Shown in pieces: positions 56,389-64,000 of a DNA stretch of 64,000 bases. Made by a program: the position numbers and the translations under genes. Origin of the DNA: Candidatus Krumholzibacteriota bacterium (lineage in GTDB: Bacteria; Krumholzibacteriota; Krumholzibacteriia; JAJRXK01). The DNA is taken from assembly GCA_963764625.1 (NCBI GenBank), contig CAVXTH010000009.1:32001-96000 (forward strand), read 5' to 3'. The notes beneath the pieces were generated by a model, which was given only the letters and a program-made list of their open reading frames with translations, was not told the DNA's origin and searched no databases. The first letter of the stretch is position 1; every line of letters starts with the position of its first letter.

Positions 56389-57411
56389 CTAGAAGTTAAC
56401 TCCCATACTCACCCGATGAGTGCCCCCGAGGTACTCGTGGCCGGCCCACGCATAGTCCAAGCGAAACTCAGAGTCACCAAGTGAACCCATCAGACCGAAG
56501 CCCAGCGTGAGTCCCAGATAGGTGTCCTCTTGGAAGAGGGTTTGATAGCCGGCCCTCAAGGCCAATCGCTGCATCCACTCCAGCTCTACGCCCAGGTTGA
56601 TCGTTTCCGTGTTGTCGCTGGGGTGGAGCGCGTCGAGACTCAGGGTCATGAGGGTGGCATCGCTGAGCTTCAGCGGTTGACTCATGCCAACACGGAAGAG
56701 CACTGGGACCGGGAAGCTTCCCGTCCACTGCGAGGCGGGAAGCGTGCCGTTGTCGCCGTTAGTGTTCGGATTGGCATCGTACTGGATACTCAAGTCCCTT
56801 CCAGAGTACGAGCCCTTGGTCCCAAAATTCAAAAGAGCGAAGCCGAGGCGTAGATCGTTGTCTGTGAGCCGATACACCGTTCCCAGGCCGAATGTCAGCA
56901 CTGTCACCGAGCTATTCCAAATGCGCTCCGTCACGTAATTCACTTGGAGTCCCACGACGAATCTCTGGGTCACCTGCTTGCCAAAGCCGATGGTCAGGCC
57001 GGTATCTCCGACCGAGTAGCGCTCGCCAGTGCCCAGGGGCTTGTCCACCGTGCGAACATCGATGTCGCCCGAATTCAGCGATGTGACACTGCCGAAGAGT
57101 GTTCCAAATCCTGAGATGGGGAACGCGACTGCTGCGTAATTATAATTGATATCGGCAAACCACTCGCTGTGTGTGAAATGGACCACCGGTTCCGAGATCT
57201 CACCGATGGCGCCAGGATTGAAATACGCCGACTGGATGTCGCCAGATACCGCGGCTCCCGCGTTTCCCATTGCGGCGAGCCGCGCCCCAGGCTCGATGTT
57301 CATGAACTGACCAATTGAAGTCCCCGTCTTGGACTGTGCGTGTACAGAACGTACCCCGCCAAGCGCGAGCGCCAACACCAGAATCACCAACAATCGATCT
57401 GCCCTCTTCAT
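56389..57411 (-). CDS. PorV/PorQ family (UPF0164-like) outer-membrane beta-barrel
   Basis: GT..QFM.IEPGARLAAMG.A, AYFNPG, HSEWFADINY, LRAGY, DYA, LG.THR.S; C-terminal F. Confidence 0.85.
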   Translation of the reverse strand: MKRADRLLVILVLALALGGVRSVHAQSKTGTSIGQFMNIEPGARLAAMGNAGAAVSGDIQSAYFNPGAIGEISEPVVHFTHSEWFADINYNYAAVAFPISGFGTLFGSVTSLNSGDIDVRTVDKPLGTGERYSVGDTGLTIGFGKQVTQRFVVGLQVNYVTERIWNSSVTVLTFGLGTVYRLTDNDLRLGFALLNFGTKGSYSGRDLSIQYDANPNTNGDNGTLPASQWTGSFPVPVLFRVGMSQPLKLSDATLMTLSLDALHPSDNTETINLGVELEWMQRLALRAGYQTLFQEDTYLGLTLGFGLMGSLGDSEFRLDYAWAGHEYLGGTHRVSMGVNF

Positions 57412-57424
57412 CGGACCCTCTTCA

Positions 57425-60400
57425 TCATTTTATGATGGCAAATTTGCCGATACTCGAGCCGAGATTTCCGCCATCCACGTGATAGACGTAGAGGCCGGGC
57501 GCGACGTCCAGGTTGTCCTTTGTCCGGAGATTCCAGGCCACATAGCCCGCATCCGAACCATCCTGCGTGAGCGTTTGCACGAGTTCCCCTCTCACCGTAA
57601 AAATCCTGATGGTGCAGTTAATGGGTACTCCCCTGAATTCGATCCTACGTTCGCCTCTGCCCGATACGTTGAAGCGCCCAGGTTCGAAACTGGCAGAGCC
57701 TATGTACGGATTCGGCACGACGTAGGGTTGGAACTCCGCCTTTGCTTTCTCCGAATTGAGATCCACAACCTTGCCCTTGGTGGTGAACACGAAAGCGTCG
57801 TCCGCCGCCAAGGGGCGATCGAGGACCAGCTCGAAAACATCCCCTTCTCCGGGTGGTCGTGTCGGAGCGGTCGCATCGACGGGCAGCTCCAATCTCCAGG
57901 TGGGGATCGGCGTGGCACCCACATAGGTGATGACGTCGATCACCTCGTTGGGTTGCGAGAGCGTTCCATCCAGAGCGCCCAAGTCGCGGAATCGAAAGTC
58001 CATCTCCCGCTCACCATCCGGCCCACGCGCGAATACTTTGAATTTCGCGGGGCGTGGAGCGAAGGGGAAGAGGGCCAATGAGGTGTCAATGACGCTGTCA
58101 GAGAATCTCACGACGATATCATCGGGGAAGCCCGGTCGCTTCAGATTGATCGGGGCCGCGATCTGATAGCTTGTCATGAGCTGCGCATCCGTGTCGGAAC
58201 TGTCGGTGAATCCGGTGCGCGCGCTATCGATCTCGACCGTGGAGAGGGTACTGATCACTGGGAGTAAGCCCTGGGCTACCGGACCGGAGCCCTCACCGGA
58301 AAAGTCGACCCCCCCCTCGAACAGGATTTTGTGACCAGTGCTATCGATCAGCGCATAGGAGGTCGCACGTAGACTGTCCACAGACGGTGTAGCAAAACTG
58401 ATCTTGTAGGTATTGCCATCCGGGACGAGGTTCGAATTGACGACTTCGACTCTGACCTCGGCTACCCCGATGCCCTGGGAGTGCTCGATCCCCGAGGTCT
58501 CGGCGGGCTCGTAGCCGGCGGATTTGGGATTGGGGCGTATGCGGATGACGTTATCAGCGAGAATGTACTCACCGCGCCTCGTGCGCGATCCGAGTATCGG
58601 GCTCTCTGAGGGGTAGAAATCGAGCTTATCCGAGCCGTGATCAAAGGAAGCGATTGCGTAGAAGTATTCCTGTCCATTCGTGACTGTCGTATCAGTCCAT
58701 GTGTGTTGCAGGCCAGTATCGTTTCCCAGATAGTAAGCGACTCCATCCACAATCTGTGTCGAGAAGCCTCTGCGCCCGTTCTTGAGGTCAAAGATTTTTT
58801 CCGGTTGCCCGTTTCCTACGAAATCGGTGCCAGTAGCATTGGTGATGACTTTGGGATCAAGGAAGTTCAAGTCGGTCGAGCGGTAGATGCGATATCCCTC
58901 GAAGTCGAACTCTCCAGTAACGGGATCCGCGGAGCCCTCCGCTTTGTTGTTCCAGGAAAGGCGCACGTAGCCATCTCCAGCCTCTGCGGTGAGAGTGGGC
59001 AGGGGCGGAGGAACCGCGAAGCGGTAGTTGGCGTCGTAAATCTGCTGGACCGTTTTCACCGTCCCGCGCAGTTCTTCCAGGTTGGCTCCATACGCCAAGG
59101 CCAAGCTAAATCGCTCCGTCTTGCCTGCCTTGAGCTTGAACGGACCCGAGGCGAAGAGGAAGCCGATGTTGTAGTTCGAGGCAATCGGATCACCGAAGCG
59201 TACGGAAGGGTCGGGATCGCTGAATTGTTCGTAGAGGCGTTGGGGCCAATTCGCCGGCGTCGTGAAAAACAGAATGTCATCGACCGTCTGATCGGGATTA
59301 CCCTGTCCGGGCCGAATCCGGTTGATCTTGAATCCGGTGAGACCAATCTGATCTGACTCGTTGAGATCTAGCGCGTCGAAGTTGGGCTCGCCAGAAGTAG
59401 GTATGCCATCGCCTTCTCCGGTATCTCCGCTATCGGGAATGCCATCGACTCCGACATCTTGCAACTCGACGGTCCAGTCCATGTCCTCGTCGCCGGTCCA
59501 CCAGTGTTCGAGTCGATACGCAGGCAGGTCCTCGAGTGGCCCATAAGTGGCGACGAAACGGTCCAGATCGTAGTGCGAGGCCAGATAGGCGTCGATGGCT
59601 GCCTTTCCCTCCAACAATTCGCCTGGCCCTGAATCACGGGCTTCGTCCGTGATTCCGTCTTCGTCGTTATCGATTCCGTCGGTTGATTCACCAGGCGTCT
59701 CCAGATATGCGTACCCCAGGTAGCCGGTTTTGGCGCACGACGAGTTTAGATCTCTTCCGTGGCCATAACGATCCCAAGTGTAGACGAGGTTGAGAACATC
59801 CTTGTTGAAGGTCCGGTCAAAGAAAGCGTTGTCATCGTCGGATTCGAAGATTCCGTCGCAAGATAAGGCCGAACCTCCCACTCCTGAATCCATGTACAAG
59901 CCGAAGATGATGTTGTCGTCGTAGTCGGTGGTTCCCTCGTTGGTGATGTCATAGACCCAGAAGATCACGTTGCGCGCCTGCGGATTCGCCCATTGGAATC
60001 CATGCACTTCGATCCGTAATCCGAGTCCCTTTCGTGTCGAATCCCGGCTGTCCGGATAGAAATCCCATGCGTCGTAGTACTGGTCGTCGAGCACGAAGTA
60101 CGACTCTTGATCCGCGACGATTTGCTTCCCGAAGTAGCCGTTCCAGGAACCGGACCACCCCGGATCGTCAGGATCGTTGATACGGTCGGGCCAAACATCA
60201 GGCCAGGTTCGCGGGTCATTACTGATGGCCGGGGATCGTCCGACATTTCGGCTGGATTGGAGCTGCAAGTAGCCGGGACGGGGCTCGAAGCGCATGACCC
60301 GGTTGAAATACGGGCTATTTCCCTGCCTCTCACGGTACCCCGTCTCCATGACATACGCTTCGCTCCCATCGGTCTGCGTGATCTTCGCGAGAACGAAGGG

Positions 60401-60724
60401 GGTGATCCCATCGCTGTAGTTCATTCCAGACCCTTTGGGAGCCTCGGCAGAATGGAATACGCTCAAGTCCACGTTCACGGGATCGATCGGGTAGTCTCCC
60501 ACCATTCCGTAATTCCAAAATATCGTACGGATATTGCTGGCATCGTGAAGACCAGACCGTTCGGCGTCCTTGGTGCCTCTTTCCGCGAATGGAACCGGCG
60601 TTGGAACATCAGCTAGGGCATAAGCACTGAAAAGGATCGCGCAGATCAGCATCAGTCCGGCCGCCAGAGTGGGTCTGCCAGGTCTACTCGATCGCCGATC
60701 ATCGATTCCACGTCGCTGATTCAT
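57425..60724 (-). CDS. Large secreted acidic protein with FN3-like region and 'VVPNPY' T9SS-like CTD, encoded between TBDT and PorV
   Basis: Signal peptide; WPDVWP, DQESY, FWVYDITN, DGIDNDEDGITDE acidic repeats, PP.P....AGDG.V.L.W, FEGYRIYRS, YFYAIASFD.G; VVPNPY..IRIFTVRGELV..WNLRT....VAPGLYVYHV..GKFAIIK; TGATG coupling. Confidence 0.82.
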   Translation of the reverse strand: MNQRRGIDDRRSSRPGRPTLAAGLMLICAILFSAYALADVPTPVPFAERGTKDAERSGLHDASNIRTIFWNYGMVGDYPIDPVNVDLSVFHSAEAPKGSGMNYSDGITPFVLAKITQTDGSEAYVMETGYRERQGNSPYFNRVMRFEPRPGYLQLQSSRNVGRSPAISNDPRTWPDVWPDRINDPDDPGWSGSWNGYFGKQIVADQESYFVLDDQYYDAWDFYPDSRDSTRKGLGLRIEVHGFQWANPQARNVIFWVYDITNEGTTDYDDNIIFGLYMDSGVGGSALSCDGIFESDDDNAFFDRTFNKDVLNLVYTWDRYGHGRDLNSSCAKTGYLGYAYLETPGESTDGIDNDEDGITDEARDSGPGELLEGKAAIDAYLASHYDLDRFVATYGPLEDLPAYRLEHWWTGDEDMDWTVELQDVGVDGIPDSGDTGEGDGIPTSGEPNFDALDLNESDQIGLTGFKINRIRPGQGNPDQTVDDILFFTTPANWPQRLYEQFSDPDPSVRFGDPIASNYNIGFLFASGPFKLKAGKTERFSLALAYGANLEELRGTVKTVQQIYDANYRFAVPPPLPTLTAEAGDGYVRLSWNNKAEGSADPVTGEFDFEGYRIYRSTDLNFLDPKVITNATGTDFVGNGQPEKIFDLKNGRRGFSTQIVDGVAYYLGNDTGLQHTWTDTTVTNGQEYFYAIASFDHGSDKLDFYPSESPILGSRTRRGEYILADNVIRIRPNPKSAGYEPAETSGIEHSQGIGVAEVRVEVVNSNLVPDGNTYKISFATPSVDSLRATSYALIDSTGHKILFEGGVDFSGEGSGPVAQGLLPVISTLSTVEIDSARTGFTDSSDTDAQLMTSYQIAAPINLKRPGFPDDIVVRFSDSVIDTSLALFPFAPRPAKFKVFARGPDGEREMDFRFRDLGALDGTLSQPNEVIDVITYVGATPIPTWRLELPVDATAPTRPPGEGDVFELVLDRPLAADDAFVFTTKGKVVDLNSEKAKAEFQPYVVPNPYIGSASFEPGRFNVSGRGERRIEFRGVPINCTIRIFTVRGELVQTLTQDGSDAGYVAWNLRTKDNLDVAPGLYVYHVDGGNLGSSIGKFAIIK

Positions 60725-63453
60725 CACCAAGCCCCCGTCTCGAAACGAATGCCCAGCTCGATCCTACGCGGCGTATAGAACCGTGACGGATCGGCGAGCG
60801 CGATCTGATCTGCAGACCCCGGAAACCGCGAATAGAAAGGGCTGCCAGTACTGTTGAAGACGGCACCGTTGAAATACCGCGCGTCGAAGAGATTGAACAC
60901 GCGCAGGAAAATGGACGGACGTACTCCACTGAATCCCAGGCTTTTTTCCGCACGCAGGTCGATCAACAGTGCGCTGGGTTTGTTGTCTGAATTGGTCTCG
61001 AGGCCATTGCCGAATCCGGAATCGAGCAGCGGCGTATAGGGCTGCCCACTGACTATCTTGATCACCGTGCTCAGTGAGTAGTCATTCGGTTTGGAAATGG
61101 CCGCCGTCAGATTGAAGGTGTGCCGTTGATCCCATGCGAAGGGCACCAGGCGAGGTCGTGGATCCTCCTTGGCTTCAGCGCGGGCTACGGTCTCCAGAGG
61201 GTTGCTTGCGTTGCCGAGGGCCTGCTGCCAGGTGTAGTCCATGGACAAGCGAAATGGTCCGAGCTGGCGATGATCGAACGCGATCGTGAAGCCCAGAACA
61301 TTCCCGAAATCGACATTGGTCAGGCGCGCATAGAGGGCGCTGTTGTAGGTCTCGATGAACTCCACACCGATGAGCGATCGGATGTCCTTGTAAAAGGCCG
61401 TCAGATCGATCCCCATGTCTTGGCCGAGTGTTTGCTTATATCCGATCTCGTACTGAACGGTCTGCTCCGGCCTGACATCAGGATTCCCCATCGTTCGAAT
61501 GTTGGGATCACCCGCCTGGAGATTGTAGAGCGCGGAATAGTCCGAACTATTGAAGATCTCTCCGATGGGCGGATATTGACGGAAATGTCCCCACGCGAAA
61601 TGAATGGCGGCCTTGTCCTCGATAGGATAGGCCACTCCAAGCCGCGGTGAGGCATACACCTTGGCCCTGGTGGAAACATTCATGGATGTGGGAGCTCCGA
61701 CAATGCTATTGGCCGGATTGGCGAGATCACTGGGAACCGTCGATCGGGCATTGAAATAGTCCAAACGGAACCCGGCCCGGATCTTGACGCTCGTCCATTC
61801 CGTGGCCTCTTGGGCGAACGCCGAGGCGACGATGGGAAAGTAACTTCGCACACCGGGGTAGTCGGGCGGTTCATCGACGTGGCGGTCGAGTGCTTCTCCG
61901 CCTCCTCCCTGCGCAAAAACCAGATAGCCGGGCGTTCCGAATGAGACTTTGGGAAGCTGGAACTCTCCTCCGATCTTGATCTGCTGCGTCGGTGAGAGCT
62001 GGCTCAGCACGGATCCTTTCACGAGGAGAGTGTTGGTCTCCTGCTTGAATCTGGTGAATTCCACCCCCTGGATCACGGCTCCCGGATCGAAATTGGGCTC
62101 CTGGATCGGAGCTCCCGACGAGTCGTATCTGGCGTCGTAGACATTGGGGTAGGCGTAGTCGGTGTATTTCGAGTAGTTCTGCCGGGCGATGAGTTTGAGA
62201 TAGCTCTTTTCGCCGAGAGAATGGGTCCAGTCGAGCCCATGGGAAATGGAGAAGCTCTCCTGGGTGGATAGGCCATCGGGGTCGTACCGGAACGCATAAT
62301 TCATACGTCGGCTATCCACGTGATTGAAAAGCGCCTGATAGTTGATCTTGGCGTTCTTGATCGAATTATTGGTCAGTTTGAACACCCCAGACCACTCACG
62401 GCTGTACCCCAGGGGCACTTTTTTCCCATCGCCAGTCGGTCTGTACACCTTATTCTCTAAATCAGCTTTGTCGGTGGGCTCGAAGAACCGAGTTCCGTAG
62501 ATCCAGTCGTCGAAAACATAACGCCGTCCACTGAGCAGGAAGACCGTATTTGGGAGAGGGAGAGGACCGCTGAGACCAAGCTGGTAGTTCTGGATACCGG
62601 TGGGTCGGATCGTGTCGTCGGCGATACGGCTGGAGTTACCCGGATAAAAGTGACTTCCCAGGAATGCCTCTCCGTTCACTCTGAAATCTTCCGTCCCGTC
62701 TCTTAGAACGGCGTTGACGACTCCGCTCATCGCCTGCCCGTATTCTGCGTCAAAAGTGCCGCTGAGGACCTGAACTTCCTGCAATAGGGAGCGGTCGACT
62801 TTCACACTCGGTGTATTGTCGAATGCGTTGTTCACACTGGCGCCGTCCACCTGATATTGGACTTCTCCCAACCTTCCCCCGCGGAAGTGGCCGTCCACCA
62901 CTCCTGCCTGAAGATCCACGATATCCTCGAGCTCCTGCACCGGGAGGTCTTTGATCTCCTCTCTGCTCACCGTTACCTTGCTGCTGGTGACATTCAGATC
63001 TACAGCGGGGCGTTCGGCTCTGACGACAACCTCGTCTGTCTCGAGGGCGGCTTCAGTCATCTTCACGTCGAGCCTGGTGGTCTCATCGGCCGTCACCTGC
63101 ACATTCTCGATGCGGACGGAGGTGTATCCCATTCGAGTCACGCTGATGGCATAGGTACCCGGCGCCACGTTGAGGATGGAGAACAGGCCTTTCGCGTCTG
63201 AATACGCTCCGTATCGCTGGGCCTCCACGCGAATGGTTGCCGCGATGACGGGTTCCCCTGCCTCGTCATGGACGGTTCCGGTTACCGTTCCGGTGGTTCC
63301 TGCCGTAGCCCATTGCGGAAATAGGGAACAACAGAGCAAGAGGAGTCCCGTCACCGCGCTACGGATTCTGACCACTATTGCTTGCCCCAAGATCTCGCAC
63401 TTCCTTCCTGGACACTCGACTTGACAGATCGGTCGAAATGTTGGACCGCGCAT
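60724..63453 (-). CDS. TonB-dependent receptor with N-terminal carboxypeptidase-regulatory-like domain
   Basis: G.VTG.V.D..GEP..ATI, HFRGGR..EV.YQVDG, SGTFDAEYG.AMSGVVN plug, SPRLG...PI, GNPD..PE.T..YE.G, WDQRH, PRRI.LG; start could be a downstream GTG near 63375. Confidence 0.92.
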   Translation of the reverse strand: MRGPTFRPICQVECPGRKCEILGQAIVVRIRSAVTGLLLLCCSLFPQWATAGTTGTVTGTVHDEAGEPVIAATIRVEAQRYGAYSDAKGLFSILNVAPGTYAISVTRMGYTSVRIENVQVTADETTRLDVKMTEAALETDEVVVRAERPAVDLNVTSSKVTVSREEIKDLPVQELEDIVDLQAGVVDGHFRGGRLGEVQYQVDGASVNNAFDNTPSVKVDRSLLQEVQVLSGTFDAEYGQAMSGVVNAVLRDGTEDFRVNGEAFLGSHFYPGNSSRIADDTIRPTGIQNYQLGLSGPLPLPNTVFLLSGRRYVFDDWIYGTRFFEPTDKADLENKVYRPTGDGKKVPLGYSREWSGVFKLTNNSIKNAKINYQALFNHVDSRRMNYAFRYDPDGLSTQESFSISHGLDWTHSLGEKSYLKLIARQNYSKYTDYAYPNVYDARYDSSGAPIQEPNFDPGAVIQGVEFTRFKQETNTLLVKGSVLSQLSPTQQIKIGGEFQLPKVSFGTPGYLVFAQGGGGEALDRHVDEPPDYPGVRSYFPIVASAFAQEATEWTSVKIRAGFRLDYFNARSTVPSDLANPANSIVGAPTSMNVSTRAKVYASPRLGVAYPIEDKAAIHFAWGHFRQYPPIGEIFNSSDYSALYNLQAGDPNIRTMGNPDVRPEQTVQYEIGYKQTLGQDMGIDLTAFYKDIRSLIGVEFIETYNSALYARLTNVDFGNVLGFTIAFDHRQLGPFRLSMDYTWQQALGNASNPLETVARAEAKEDPRPRLVPFAWDQRHTFNLTAAISKPNDYSLSTVIKIVSGQPYTPLLDSGFGNGLETNSDNKPSALLIDLRAEKSLGFSGVRPSIFLRVFNLFDARYFNGAVFNSTGSPFYSRFPGSADQIALADPSRFYTPRRIELGIRFETGAW

Positions 63454-63460
63454 AGCGCGG

Positions 63461-64000
63461 CTACTTTGTCAGCAGGAATTTTCCCTGTAAATCAGCTCGC
63501 ATCGATCCGGAGTTGGGATCAGCCACCCTGAGGCGATAGAGGTAGAGTCCGGCACTCTGGTCGCTACCGTCAAAGAGCAGCTCGTTGGCACCTCCGCCCT
63601 GAACCCCAACGTGGCGCCTTTCTACGAGTCGGCCACGCACGTCGTAGACTTCAAAGATCACATCACTCGGCAGAGCGAGTGAGTATTGAATGGTCGTCTT
63701 CAGCGAGGGATTGGGGAAGTTCTTGATGATGTAATAGGCCTGCGAGGGGTTCACTGCGGGCCCTGTCGCGGTGACCGCGTCCTTCGCCATGTGAACCCAT
63801 GCCGCGCAGCATTCGTTTTCGTACTCGCGGAACCACCAGGTTCGGGTTCCGTAGCTGTCGGTGATGGGAATGAACGAGTCTCCGTCCAGTAAGTTGAGAC
63901 CGAGGAACAGAGTCTGATCCCCCAGACCCGCGGGGTAGCCCAGCGCGGTCAGATCAATCGACATTTCGGCCGTATAACCGATATCCGGGCTCGTACCCAG
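63461..64000 (-). CDS. Secreted protein, C-terminal part (CBM9-like segment plus T9SS-like CTD), 5' truncated
   Basis: Frame is open to the window edge (LGTSPDIGYTAEMSIDL...); NFPNP, YDVRGRLV, AGLYLYRL. Confidence 0.7.
   Translation of the reverse strand: MGTSPDIGYTAEMSIDLTALGYPAGLGDQTLFLGLNLLDGDSFIPITDSYGTRTWWFREYENECCAAWVHMAKDAVTATGPAVNPSQAYYIIKNFPNPSLKTTIQYSLALPSDVIFEVYDVRGRLVERRHVGVQGGGANELLFDGSDQSAGLYLYRLRVADPNSGSMRADLQGKFLLTK

Overview
A GC-rich, gene-dense bacterial chromosomal segment with about 45 CDS and no rRNA, tRNA, CRISPR array, integrase or transposase that I can see. The gene content points to an FCB-related candidate lineage such as Krumholzibacteriota, Eisenbacteria or Latescibacterota (inference). 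The evidence is nine secreted proteins with FlgD-Ig/T9SS-like C-terminal domains, a PorV-family and a PorT-like barrel, a protein ending in a 'SWGKVKSLY' motif, and three Ser/Thr kinase-TolB-propeller receptors. The best candidate for an undescribed system is the minus-strand locus at 53.8-64 kb. It encodes a CBM9-like CTD protein, a TonB-dependent transporter, a 1100-aa acidic 'VPNPY'-CTD protein, a dedicated PorV-like barrel, a GH144 beta-1,2-glucanase with a CTD, and a 'WGxxK'-tailed protein. It reads like a polysaccharide utilisation locus without SusD. The second candidate is a two-gene module of a small CTD adaptor and an S74 self-cleaving fibre (18.3-20.7 kb). Other notable items are a TetR-LolA-like-ABC-barrel operon with a perfect operator, a Memo-AMMECR1 fusion with a signal peptide, a CTD-tagged expansin and spondin, a hexaheme lipoprotein and a 14x39-aa propeller lipoprotein. 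Three genes carry single +1 frameshifts that are probably sequencing indels. All functional calls come from motif recognition by eye; no searches were run.
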